A stretch of 61,422 nucleotides of DNA, filler included, from Sphacelaria rigidula (GCA_964200075.2; 4 parts of 4 records of this genome joined end to end with filler, not necessarily neighbours in it), one strand, 5' to 3'; counted from the whole stretch's first letter, positions 25,807-38,053 are shown. Notes: generated from the letters alone by a model not told the origin. Program-made: numbers and translations.

Positions 25807-27628
25807 GACCCGCAACTCCACCTACACAATGTCCCTGACCTTGGGTAATAATGGTGACTAGAGTCGGTAGCACCCGCAAAGCTCTCTACTACCAAGAAGT
25901 AGCTACATCAGAGCTTGACAAACTCAGACATCATTGGTGCCTGATAATACCATTGTTGTCCGCAAAGATTAGCAACCTCTTCCGCTGCTTTCGACAACAG
26001 CTCCATACAAGCTTGCGCCACTTCCGGACAACTCGCAAGACATCCCAAGAAAATATCGTCCATCATGAACATGCAATCACGCAACTTGCACCACTTCGAG
26101 GTAAATAGCGATAGCTAGCGCCATATACTCAAATCTTCGCCCAAAACAAGTCTCTTGACTCTTCATCGGCACGAAACCGGGAATGTCAGCGAAAGTCAAA
26201 TTCCAGAGATTATACGAACTTCTCTTCATTTAGCATACAGCACTATATTGAAAACTGCCCAACCCTCGGTCGTCACCAGATACCATTCATATCAGTACCA
26301 TTTGAGCAAAAATGTGCACATGCCTACCAAATTTCCACTCAGCATACGAAAATCCGCACATACATACCAATATTCCACTCAGCACATGCAATGCCACCTT
26401 CCTCGCAGCAAACACAATGCATCGTCCGTGCCAACCAGAGCAGCACAACACACACATGCCAAATATTCACGTGTACGCCAGAGTTTTACCTTGCACACAC
26501 GATACGGTCATACTCGCTCAACAAGCATGTTTCATGCGCAAGCATGACCACAAACCACACAATAACAAGCTGCAATCGTTCTCAAAACGATTCGCGAATA
26601 CTAGTCATAATGTGTTTCCTCATTCTCAACAAGCACTCAGCCACCTCAGCACTTACTCCTCAACACCAGCACCCAACTCGGCGCTCACCACAACAGCAAA
26701 AAGCTCAGGTAATGCCTTCTTTGTAGTCCTCCAGCCCGCTCGTGAGAAACAGCAGCACTGGAACCACGACCCTATGCACAGCGTAGAGCAACGTTCCTAC
26801 ACGAACACTCGTTCCCCGCGCCATGAGCCCAGCTACACCTCGCACCCTCGTGGAGCCGCTCAGCTCGCCACTACACGGTATATCCGCACCGCCGAATCAA
26901 TGCGACAAGCCACCCGCCTCCACAGATACTTGGGCAGTACTGAACATCTGTGCTTCAGTAAGTTTTACAGAGAAAACGAGAGGCGAAACGGGAACAGCTA
27001 CACAATCCCGAACAGCAACACCTCCTGATGGCACATTATTCTCCTCAAACATCCCGCAGTGCAACAGTGGAGACACTTCCGCCATCGTCGCCAAATACGC
27101 CAAACCTGTCCATGTAAGCAGCAGTGTACACAACCGCCCCAACACCACGCGACGCTCGTCGTCGCCGTCAGAATTGTGATCGTTGATAGCATCACGAGCT
27201 TGCAGCTCGTTCTGCGTACCCGCTTCACGTGGGTCACACGCCCCTGTTGTTTTTCGATCATGCAAGGCGTGTCCACAGCTACGCACTGCACCGGTGGCAG
27301 TTCCGCAAACCCGGCATCCACCTGTCCTTCAAGCAGACACCCCTGCGAATCATCTGAACGATCTCCCGCCATGTCACTGGCGCAGATAGATTTCCCATGA
27401 GTACGGCAAGCTCCTTGCTCATCCTGCTTGTTCGCAATACGCGAATAATACCCCCCTGCAGCTTCGAGCATGCAAGGAGTATCTCCAGCTACGCGCTGGT
27501 CCGGCGGCAACAAGCAACTGGGACCTCCACCCATCAGTATTTGCGCATTGACCCATGTAGGCCTCGCCCTCTCAACATCGCCAACAGCAGCAGCAGTATC
27601 ATCCATACTCGCTACAGCCGCAACCTGT

Positions 27629-28106
27629 GACGCTGACTGGTCAGTGGTCTAGTTGGTTATCTCCTAAACCGTCACAAAAGTTAGTCGCTGGTTCGATTTC
27701 CGTCGGACGCACTTTCTCTGGAAAAAAAAGAGGAGAGAAAACCTCTGTCAAAAAACTGGCCCCAAGGAGAGAAAACCTCTGTAAAAAATTGTCCCGAAGA
27801 AAAAGGGTGCGGTGTCGCCTGGTGGCTATGTTTGGAGTGTACTGCAAAGGACCCCAGTGCACACACTCTGGAATGAGTGGAGGAGACGAGTAACTCAAGG
27901 GTACGGTGAGAGTGACAACATTAGAGGTCCTAATGGCAGTCGATAAAGCGCTGGCGAGGGGTGTCGCCCTCCTCGGACTGATAGTGACGGGGATCAAACC
28001 CCCAGGGCTAACTTTTGTGACGGTTTAAGAAACAACCAACCAGACTAACTGACCAGTCAGCGCTGACTGGTCGGTAGTCTAGTTGGTTGTCTTTTAAACC
28101 GTCACA
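27629..28106. mobile_element. Insertion with inverted tRNA-like heads and terminal 90-bp palindrome
   Basis: About 56-bp IR 27631-27686 vs 28007-28062. A-box-like TGGTCTAGTTGG and B-box-like GGTTCGATT / GGTTTGATCC. Palindrome 28016-28106. CTGT on both flanks. Confidence 0.7.
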
Positions 28107-28229
28107 CTGTCCGGCTTGCTCCTTGATCGCAATAGCGGCAACTCCTCTAGCGCTCTCGTGCCTGTCCCCTCGAGCTAACGATCGCTGTGTGACTTGCTCG
28201 CCTCTTCCAACAGCACTGCCAGCGGCTGC

Positions 28230-29033
28230 TTATTCAGCACCGACTACTGTACTCTCACTATTCTTGCTACCCAGTGCGTCTCTTCGGACAGACACATGCG
28301 TCGTCATCTTCGCGCCCCTCAAAGTGGCACCGCGTTGTTGCTTCAGTCGCGGACGAGCAGTTTCTACTACTGCACGCTCAGCCGGTGCTCTATCGTGCCT
28401 GTCCCCTCGGGCAGCCACGTGCTTGTCGGCTTTCACAGTGCAAGCAGCTACCGTGTATCGTTCTTTCAGACGCGGACCACGTACTGCACGTTCGGCGGGT
28501 GCACGGTCGTGCCTGTCCCCTCGGGCAGACACATTCTTCTCGCCCTCCACAGTGCATGCGAGAGCGCTTTCATGCCTGTCCCCTCTGACAGACATGCGCT
28601 GTGTGACAAGTGCACCCTTTACAGTGCCATGCGCCCCACCGGACGACGCATGCTTGTGCAACGCGAAAAGCAAGTGCTCGTTCTCAACATCATAATCATG
28701 CTTCAAGAAGGTGTCACACAGACATATCGCAACATGTTTCGGCATGAGGTCAGAAACTGCTGCCACCTCAAAGAGCTTTGTCCACTGCACGTTCACCTGG
28801 TCTATATCTCGCACATATTGTTCGTATTTCCGTGAAAACTCGGCCGATTTCTCGCTCGAAAACTTGCGGCCATAGTACGGCGGCAACTCCAGCACTAGTA
28901 CAGGAACAACACGACCATCGACGATGACATACTGCTGCGTCTCAACATGTTGAACAGCTGAACAGGCTTTGCCGCTACCTCCACGCTGCTCATCAAACGC
29001 CGAGCCGCCACGACATGTGCACATAGGGAACAA
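28230..29033 (-). pseudogene. gag-like ORF of copy D with repeated RGDRH(D/E) peptides
   Basis: 267-aa ORF. LELPPYYGRKFSSEKSAEFSRKYEQY..VSDLMPKH aligns by eye with LEAPEYGRHFSEIASRRFYQKYVEY..VTELVPKH of copy E gag. Confidence 0.65.
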
Positions 29034-30664
29034 TCACAAAGCAGCCCCTCAACAGCTCAACGGTTGTTCCAGAAAAAACAGCGTTGTTTCTCAATCACAG
29101 AAACAACAACTTCCCATACACCAAGACGCGCTTGGTCACGTAACGACAATGGTCACAGCGCCTCTTCCTCACGCAGGTCTCGCCACGTGTTTGAAGTCTT
29201 TAGACTCCTCTTCCTGACCGTACCTGGCCAAGCGTGGAACAGGCAACCCTCACTGGCTCCACCAGGCAGTATTTGCGCCGCTTTTTTTTGCTTACGGGCT
29301 CGCCAGCTGTCGATCAACCCCCCGCACCTCACGCACGAGCGACACCACCGCCCGCCCTAGCACTGCCTCAGAACCTCCTCGGCTCTACTTCTCCAACTCC
29401 TCGCGACGTCAACACGCCTTGAGCTGGTCTGGTTTGCTGCAAACTGATCAGGCCTGCAGACTTCCCTATCTTGATGTGTCAGCTACCGCCAGTCAGCGGA
29501 CCTACTGCCAGTCAGCGGAAAGAATGAACGTTCATTATAGACCGCTGTCACTCAAGATCAGACCGCCATGTGGACTCCTCTTGTCACGGGCATATGGGCT
29601 TCAGCAGCTTTAGTTATTCATGTTTTGACCCTTAGCATAGTACAGGAGAACGGGACCATAGCCTCTCTCTCTCTCCACCAAAGTAGCAAAACCAAGCCTA
29701 CTCGTCATGGAGGTCACCCATCACAGAGCCCGGTAATCAGACCCGCAACTCCACCTACACAATGTCCCTATCCTTAGATAACAATTTGGTGGCTATAATG
29801 TACAACCCCCAAAGCTCGCTTACCACTCACAAGTTGTCAACCCAGAGCTCGATAAACTCAGACATCATTGTTGCCGAAGTTCAACATCAATTTGCACATA
29901 GAAAGGCAATCCCTACCGCAGTGTATGGTGACAGCCATACAAGCTTGTTCAATCTCCGAACAACTCGCAAGAGATCCAAAACGTCCATCATGAACATGCA
30001 ATTACGCTACTTGCATCGCTCCGAGTCACGCAGCGAGAGCTGACGCCCAATTCTCAAACGCATGCCCCAAGCAAGTCTCCTGACGCCAAACCGGCGAAGA
30101 AATTTTAAACGTCAGCGTACTTCAGATTCTCAAGCCATCGTGACAATTCATCTCTCGCATTCGATACCGTTCAACATAAAACATACTCTTTGGGACGTTC
30201 AACACCTGCGCAACGGAGTGCAACAGCCAAGCAATATACCTGAAACTAGAATCAAATAGGTAACCAACAACACGTCTAGAGCGCAGCTGTCACCTTGCTT
30301 CTTCAACTCCGTGAAAACGTATGCATCATACACCTCTTCTTCGTGAAAGCTTCGAAGCTTCATTGCGCCACTCAACTCATGAGCATACTGAAAAAAAGCC
30401 ATGACTTGAACCGCTTTTCAAGCCATGTATACCAATCCAACAGTGGCAAACAGGTCTCGACCTCCGCCATCATTGATCGACCGTAGTGATATCGTTCTCA
30501 AAGTCGTTTTACCGAGTACACCTCAGGAAGCACCCAAATATAATATCCCAACTTGGATTCAGGACGGTCATATCCCCTCGGACGACTAACCGCGGTGTAA
30601 AATGCAGCTCACCCGCACCGCTTCCTTAGACAAACGGACACTCCATCCATATGATCCTTCCAGA

Positions 30665-30764
30665 NNNNNNNNNNNNNNNNNNNNNNNNNNNNNNNNNNNN
30701 NNNNNNNNTTAATTAATTAANNNNNNNNNNNNNNNNNNNNNNNNNNNNNNNNNNNNNNNNNNNN
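30665..30764. other. Assembly gap linker
   Basis: N44-TTAATTAATTAA-N44. Confidence 0.99.
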
Positions 30765-31272
30765 AATGTTCTGCTGTTTTGGGCCTGCATCATCACGAGT
30801 ACACCCCCCCCCCCCCCCCTTGCGCTGGGCTGAACTATCTCAGAAGGATGCAGGTCACCTTTCGTGCGACTTGCCGAACACATCACGGCGCTTCGCGCTT
30901 GGTGATTGATTGCGAGCCTAGTCCGGCGAAAACCCGGCGTGCTCCGTCCCATATTTTGTAGGGATACGAAGTCAATGGTCAGATGACTATGGCATGCAAT
31001 ATCATGAGTATATCCCCCCCTCGCGCCGATCATCTCGCGTAATCTTAATGATAAGGAAGACATTGGGGATAAATCGATGTAAGCACCTGCCCTTGACAAT
31101 CATGTACTGAAAAAAGATATCTTTTTTTACTGTTCGTCTTCCTTTTCATCCTAGCAGGGATTGGTTCCCATCTTGGTTGTTATTCATCATGATCATGATC
31201 CTTTTTCCTCATCATTACTCGTATATTTCTTCTTTTTTTTTTCCAAATCTTGGAAGACAAGCACATGCGTAC

Positions 31273-31412
31273 CCACCTCGCCGCCCTTTTTCCGCGTTTG
31301 CTCACAGTCGCTAATGGACGACGCGAGCTCGCCGAAGTCTGCCCCTGCCTCGAGCTGTTTAAGGCACGTTTTTGCCATCGCCTCCGTCTGTACCAGGATG
31401 TGGCGAACCCAC
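31273..31412 (-). CDS. Exon 2 of parvulin/PpiC-type peptidyl-prolyl cis-trans isomerase
   Basis: WVRHILVQTEAMAKTCLKQLEAGADFGELASSISDCEQTRKKGGEVG carries the classic rotamase motifs (RHILV, DF.ELA...S.C, GG..G). Acceptor cacag|G is phase 2 and matches exon 1. The donor is at 31273 or 31277. Confidence 0.88.
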
Positions 31413-31976
31413 CTGTGTGTGTTGGGTCGGCGACGATTTCGGAGAATTGTGCACAGAACGGATACAAGAAAATTGGGGAAAGGTTGGCATGGGATCGGCG
31501 GTCACAAATCAACACAAGAAAAAGTGCACACGTACTATAGTCGAGGAATAAAAAAAGGGTGGAGACTTCATTGGATTTGACGGGGGAAAAAAAAAAGTTG
31601 ACCACGAAAACAGAGCTGGATGCCGTACAGGGGGTTACCTGCCTGTCGTGGGTAGATTGATTTTGATTTCGATTTTGCTTGTCGCACTTTACCTGACCCC
31701 CCAGGGGTCCAGCCGTGGTCACACGATAGATGTACCTGAGACAAAACAAAACGAAAAAAAAACACTTGCTGAAGAAAAAGAAGAAAACAGAAAAAATAGA
31801 ACAGAACAAAAAAGTAGATTTGACGAAAACAAAAAGGACGACAGAATGAAAAAAAAAACATATGAATTTTGTGTCGGCACGTACAGAATCACGCTAAAGA
31901 GGAGAACGCCGCAGGACAGGCAAAATTCTGCTCTTCCGGGGTGTACATGCACCATTTCATTAGTTTCCTCATGTTT

Positions 31977-32150
31977 CACACCCTGGACAAATATATGGTC
32001 AATATATGCAACAGACGAGAAGTGTACAGCATAAAGTGTAGGCCTATTGCAACTATTGCCGGCCCACAATTATAGTAGCAACAGGCCTATACTTTATGCA
32101 GTACTTTCCTTGTCTATTGCAACTATTTATCATATATTGTCCAAGGTGTG
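31977..32150. mobile_element. Fold-back MITE (near full-length palindrome)
   Basis: CACACCCTGGACAAATATATG..GCATAAAGTGTAGGCCTATTGC mirrored by GCAACAGGCCTATACTTTATGC..CATATATTGTCCAAGGTGTG. Related halves lie at about 35135-35163 and 35500-35560. Confidence 0.8.
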
Positions 32151-32249
32151 TAATGTTTCCGTCGTGTGTCAAAAGATGAAAATGAGGGTATGCGGGGGGT
32201 CGGTTGCGACGAGCGAATCAATAAAAAATAAATAAACGACATTCGCCTC

Positions 32250-33000
32250 CATCAGAGCACACGCAGGGCCGCGATGTCCATCCTCACTACGCCACTCTGT
32301 CCCGGAAAACGGGGTACCCAGAGCAGAACGCCGACAATCCGACTGAAGCCGATTCTCAACAAGCGGTCAAATTCCCTCACGATATTGGCCGTTGAGCACG
32401 CTGTGTGCCCCTGGCACGACGCCATCCCCTTCGACTCAGTTCGGAGCAGTGGCTTCGACATCGCGCACCTCCCTCGAGGCATGCAGCGCTGACCGCATGT
32501 TGTCCTCATGTCCCATCGATCGCACACGGGGGACTGCCGGGCGTGTGGTTGCATGAGGCAGCACAGCACTGGAGCACAGGGATCTACACGAGCAGCTTGA
32601 CCAGACGCTGGTAGACACGACTGGCGAATCTTGAAGGGAGCTAGCTACGCTGCGGATTTTCAAACTGTCCCAAATTCCCAGCGCCATGGCCCCTTTCTGT
32701 TCTATTCGGGGCCCAATCCACCACGGCGTAATTGCTGCCGCCCTCGGGGATCCCGTGCCGGCTGACTCGGTTTCCGCCATAAGGAACACGGGTTTGGTAG
32801 TAATGCTAAATAACACACCCGTTGTGGACGAGCTAAGGTTGCCGCAAACGATGCTCCGACTGTCCCGTGAATGCAAAGCGAGCCTATCCAAGCGCCTCAA
32901 CGGCGCAAGGTCTACGGCTGCTCCAGACGAGGCTTCTGGTCCTGCCCGTCTATTTATGTTGCCAAGCCGAAACGGTAGATAACACCCTCTTCCTGGGGCC
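32250..33000 (-). mobile_element. Possible non-LTR (CRE/R2-type RLE) retrotransposon relic
   Basis: Frameshifted peptides KGAMA, RSMGHED, a Cys/His remnant and RMDI recall the C-terminal zinc-knuckle/restriction-like endonuclease region. Recognised from memory only. Confidence 0.35.
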
Positions 33001-33449
33001 ATTTGAGCTACTTTTTTTCTTTTAGGGGGCCGGGGGGGGGGCGAGGGGTGCACTGCTCCTGTTCCCAGGCAAGATTATTTTATTTTTATCGCTAAGAGCT
33101 TTAGCGTATAGTGAATATTCCGAAATTTTTCCCACCGCAGTCGGGGGCATCATCATTAGTTTAGAAGAGGCCAAACCGTGAGATATTTTAATCCCCTCCC
33201 CCAGGGATACGGGACGTACAACTCCCGCGGAATGTTATTTTCTCATCTCCGGACGAATTATGCATCTCCGCAAACGAACTTCCAATAAATATATCGTATT
33301 TGCTACTCTTTGTGAGTCTTTGAGTGTGTTGAACCGGAAAAAACGAGTGGCCCAAGTAAACGTGATTTTGAATAGTCATCGTGACGTACTTTTGGGTCCC
33401 GATACGAGCTGGTTCACGCTCATCACCCAAAAAACACTCATCGGCAAAA

Positions 33450-34115
33450 CCTCACGCCGTCTTAACGAGTTAGACTCTGAAATTTTGCACAGTTGTTCTA
33501 TGGGTCATTACGCAACTCTCGAAGAACGAGTTTTCTTCATTTATTTTCTTTACTTTTTCCATCGTTTTTCGGGGGTCCCCATTTCTCCAGGAAAACATCA
33601 ATCCAATCGAGCCCCCGTGAAACGGCGAAGAAAAAAAAAATCGTTCTTCCAAGATTGCGTAATCACCCATAGAACAGCTATACAAATATTCATGGTCTAC
33701 CTCCTTAAAGCGGCGTGAGGTTTTTCGCTCTTGTGCGGTAAACCTTGGCGTACCGTGGTGAAACCGCGGACTACTTGATTTTTGTACCAAAACGGCATAT
33801 TTCGGCCTTCTTTGACGTGAATATGAAAATTCAAGCATCGGTTGATTGACTTTCGCGACGAAATTCTATGGGGCCCTTCCATGGGTAATGCGTCGACCAA
33901 TCGTGCGCGAAAAAATGAAAAGAAAACAAAGCGCCGGTTTTCCGGGGTCCCAGAATGGAGACTACTTCGAAAAACGACTTGCATCTAGTCGGACCCCCGA
34001 AGAACGGGGAAAACTCCAACAGTAAAAAAACCCTCGTCCACAGAAAGTTGCGTAATGGCACATAGAATATTTGCGCAATTTTTCAGGATCCAACTCCTAA
34101 TAACGGCGTGAAGGT
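33450..34115. repeat. About 85-bp unit in inverted plus direct copies (fold-back TE interior)
   Basis: 33450-33535 is inverted relative to 33635-33720; a further direct copy lies at about 34025-34113. Confidence 0.7.
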
Positions 34116-35179
34116 TTGCGCGTTTGTGGAGGACGTGGGTTTGAAACGTGCAACTCCTAACTACTTGGTACTAGTATGCGAACGTCTTCTTGGGTGAATT
34201 TCACGTCAAGGCAAGAAAAACTGTGTGAGGTTTCCGAATTTCTCCACCAAACTCTGTACATGTGTTCCTTGAACTATCCCGGGACGCATCATTTTGTTAT
34301 TTTTCTTTTGGGGCATTCTGTACCGCCTTCTGGGGGATCTTCATACTGGGACCCCCAGAAGCCGGTAGAGAACGGAGAAACCATGACATGTTGTCAAGAA
34401 ATACATTTTTTTTTTCCATTTGGAGCATCGATACCTACTGAACTGCCAAGTTTGAAAGCGATCTGAGCGTTTCTACAACAGATATAGGGGACACCGTCAC
34501 GAGGCTCCCTGGGTCTTTCGTGCGTATCATTTGTGAAAATTAGACGACGCCAACACCCGACGTCACCGAATCAAGGTTTTGGGTATAATTCGACCCCCCT
34601 AGCAACCGTTTTGAAATATGTTTTTTTCGTTAGATTGCCGAGCTGATGACGGCTATAACGATTTGAAGCATGTGGAGATTGGGTGAAAGTTGGGCTTGGA
34701 ATTCGTAATTCCGATCTCGGAACAATTTGACGGGCGCTAATTGGTCGATACACCTTTTTGCCTTTAGCGCTACCACTAGGGCCTTACACACCAATCCGGC
34801 TATATCACGCTCTTCAGCTGCCCATGGCGGTCAGTATGATGTCATGTATGCGACTATCGGGTAGGTATTGCGAAAGGTATTTGCTGATGACGCAATTTTG
34901 GGTGATAAGCATGAACCAGTCTGTGTAGTGATCGAAAATCCAGTTTACCGCGAAGTTTACTCCGCAGCAAAACGATGTCTCCTGGGGATCCCAATGTTGT
35001 GCAGTCCAGATCCCATGTCACACCACCGCACTACATCGGGACCCCTACTGCATCCTCTTCCCTCTTCCAATGGCGTGAGTTTTCCACGCCCTGAACAAAA
35101 TGTAGTCAACTGTTGAAAAAGAAAAAGTATATTCCGCAAAGTATACGCCTATTGCAACTATTGACGACATGGTCTTGCC

Positions 35180-35264
35180 GCCGCGCCCCGGTGGTGTAAT
35201 GGTCCAACTGTTACCGTCAGGGTGGAGAGATGGGGGGTTCGATTCTCGATGCGTTGATTTTTTT
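35180..35264 (+). mobile_element. tRNA-derived SINE head or tRNA pseudogene
   Basis: A-box TGGTGTAATGG (35192), B-box GGTTCGATTCT (35236), T7 run after. No intact cloverleaf. Confidence 0.55.
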
Positions 35265-37733
35265 CTTCGTGACGTATGATTTCCACGAGGAAAGCGTAAG
35301 AAAGTGGGTAAACAAAGTAGTCGACTGGATTCGTGTGACCTGAGTTGACGCGGTGCGGGAGTACTGATCTAATCCGCGAGACCAAAATGACGGGCGCGTA
35401 CCCGGGGAGAGATGGGTTGATCCCTTGAGACCACGGACACATCCCGAGGAAGGGGAGAGGTTCAAAGTGTGTGGAAAAATAAAAATAAAAGTCCATTCGA
35501 CAATAGTTACTTACAATAAGCGAATACTTTACGTGGTACAATTTTATATTGCAACTATTGGCCACACATTGTGGATTCTTCACAAGGCTTCGTCACGGCT
35601 GTACATGGGCTTATTGCAACGTTCTTCTCCGGATGCAGAAGGCTATGCCAGATCCTACAATAATGGGGAAGATGGAAAAACAAAATGTGCTGGCTGCCGA
35701 AGTTGAAGAGTTTATCTGTAGGCTTAGCGGGGTATCCACATACTGCAATCCTCTGACAAGGGTGGAGCACTCTTTGGTGCGGGTAAAAGTCCCTTTTAAC
35801 AAGTCAGCAGTGTGCCCAGTTCGCTGCGGGTTCCGATATAATCCATGTCCTCTCACCCCTGCCGCACTATATCGGGACCCCACTGCAAGGTCAAAATAGC
35901 ACCAATAGGTCATTGTCCACTCCGTTTCCAGGAGTGCATGCCAAACATTTTAGGGGCGGCGCGGATCACCAGTTCGGGGACCTTCATTAGGTTCCTTACT
36001 TCGATTTGTACAGGTTTGCCCGAAAGTACTGGACGTTTGGTGATTTCGGACCTTGAGGGACCGGATTTGTCCTCGGAAAAATGACCAAACACCTGAAGTT
36101 CATGAACCAATGCCTTCAAATGTACGATGCGCATCTACCCTCAAAATTTCAGGTTCAAACTCCCTGAGACAGAGAAGAAATTATCATGACGCGTTTTGGT
36201 GTAGGATTGGTAAACAGCAAACTACGGGGTTTTCAAAACTGAGTGGATAGATTGACACGTGGCACACACGTCATTAGGCAGGCGATGATTTTCTTTTAAT
36301 TTCTCGAGTCTCATTCGTGTCCCGCCCCGATTATTCGGGTGCCGAGGACCAACGAATGTGATCAACATGTAACTTTTTAAATAAAAGAAGTACCCCATTC
36401 CGTTTCACCAGCTGATACTGTGCTGTGCTGCCTGTTGCATGCGTGAGAATTGTCACTTCATTTCAGAACAATAATATGCTGTATTCAGGAAACAGAATGA
36501 AAGGAAACGCGTTTTGTTTGGGATTTGACGGATGTCGTGGCATATTGGGTGCGCATGTACAGTTATCAGCGGAGGTATTATTACCCCTAATAAGGAGACT
36601 AACAACACCTCTGCTGAGTGTTCCACGACGACACTGCAGACAGTGTAAACCTGTGCTGGCAGTACATGAGGGGTCAGGCAGGGGCATTAGACCACGAGCA
36701 GTATAAAAAAGCAAGATGTTCGTGTCCATGCTATTCATGGTTGAATTGTCAAGACCAAAATGAGAAATGCGACTACACAGCGAAGCAGTCCATCTGTCGC
36801 CCACCTACAGGAAAGCAAAGTGAACATGTTGATAGCCGTGATTGGTAGGTAGGAATGGTCACTCCCCTCTTCTCCGGCCTCGTTCCTCGTTTATAATTTT
36901 CTGTGAGACTTCCAACACACACGGTTGACTTGGTGAGCTTTTCGGTTGTTCTGCGAACAAGTCCCCACTCCATGTAAAAAACCCCGCCCCCTGGAAACTC
37001 CTGCATGTCGCTGAGCTCTCAACCTGTGAAACTGTTCTGAGGCGACGCTCGCTGTCTAAATGTTGATTGAAAAAAAAAAAATTATGAGAGAACGATTTCC
37101 GGGAAGGTCAGAATAAACCACCAGCCCTCGATCAGTAAGAAGGACAACGAAAAATACATGGGTACAACGCAAGAATCGTTCTCGTCATCACAGTACAGTG
37201 CGTTCTCATTTTTTTGCCTCGTGAAGACGGGGCCAAATGAACTGCAACATGGGTGGAAACGATTACAAGTGGTTTAATTTTTTTTTTTTGTACGAGTAGG
37301 GTAACCTGAGTGTATATGCAATGACCGGGGGTGTTATTCCCCGTAATGTAAGGTCAAGTGTTGAACTTGCATACGGTGTGCATTATACATTATACTCTCC
37401 CCAAGCTCCACCCGCCTGCACCGCGTGGACGTTACACTCGTTGGAAGAAGACATATCTGTAGACCCTCTGTAGAAGTTCCTCAACCATCTTTTGCAGAAC
37501 AACATCGACCAAATAAATTTGCAAAAAGGGGAAAACATGAACAGATCCATAAGAGGATACGTGTGCAGTTGAGATGAAACATGAAACATGCGAAGAAAAA
37601 AAGGATCGATCCATTTCGAGTATGTGGGGCAAAAATATTAAAAAACGGCAACTTGGGAATTGAGCGAACAAGGGCCGAGCCTAAGAACAGCCCCCTGTAA
37701 TCAATATACAGTGCGGTACCGCATTAGACTCAC

Positions 37734-38053
37734 ATGGCCTCAACGTTGCTGTAGTCCACAGTCTCCTGTGCTTTCGTGAGCCAGGGCTTGACCACCTTAC
37801 CTCCGTCACTTCGGGCCTCGAACTGCTTTATGGCTTCACTGGAACGAACGGCGCTGCCGCTAGCACTAGACATAATGAGCAGAGTTCCGGCTGCCGGCGC
37901 GTCCGCCGGAATTACTTTAGACAATCGCTCGCGGCTAACAACAATCGTCCCCCCCCGCCTCGCCGAAGCTGTCACGAAGGCTGTGCAGCGTGTAGGGCGC
38001 CACCAAAAAAATAGGACATGTAGAGCCGCAGCAGCCGTGCGGACGAGAGTCAT
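37734..38053 (-). CDS. Exon 1 of plastid-targeted parvulin PPIase (signal peptide + transit peptide)
   Basis: ATG at 38053. Hydrophobic N-terminus ending CTA-FV (ASAFAP-like), then an S/R/A-rich transit region. Donor AT|gtgagt (phase 2) joins exon 2 as VEA-M-WVRHILV. Confidence 0.8.

Larger units (their letters stand above)
25807..30664 (-). mobile_element. Same family, copy D (tandem: 3' internal - LTR 29536-29804 - gag ORF - internal - partial LTR 25807-25870)
   Basis: 25807-27500 is an inverted homologue of about 23460-25612. LTR 29536-29804 is the reverse-complement homologue of 25549-25806. 29805-30460 repeats the 3' internal region. Confidence 0.8.

Noticed and set aside
30480-30664. 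Chromodomain remnant in copy D
   Set aside because: Only a faint frameshifted resemblance (VR.GYD.PES.W), too weak to call without an HMM search.
35180-35264. Functional tRNA gene (also B-box-like heads near 10540 and 14345)
   Set aside because: Acceptor and anticodon stems do not pair; these are SINE-like relics.
35150-35560. 14-bp direct repeat TATTGCAACTATTG as SINE TSD
   Set aside because: The same motif occurs twice in the uninterrupted fold-back MITE at 31977-32150, so it belongs to the host MITE.
35910-37485. Extra minus-strand exons between parvulin exons 1 and 2
   Set aside because: Exon 1 splices directly in phase to RHILV, and these peptides show no recognisable homology.
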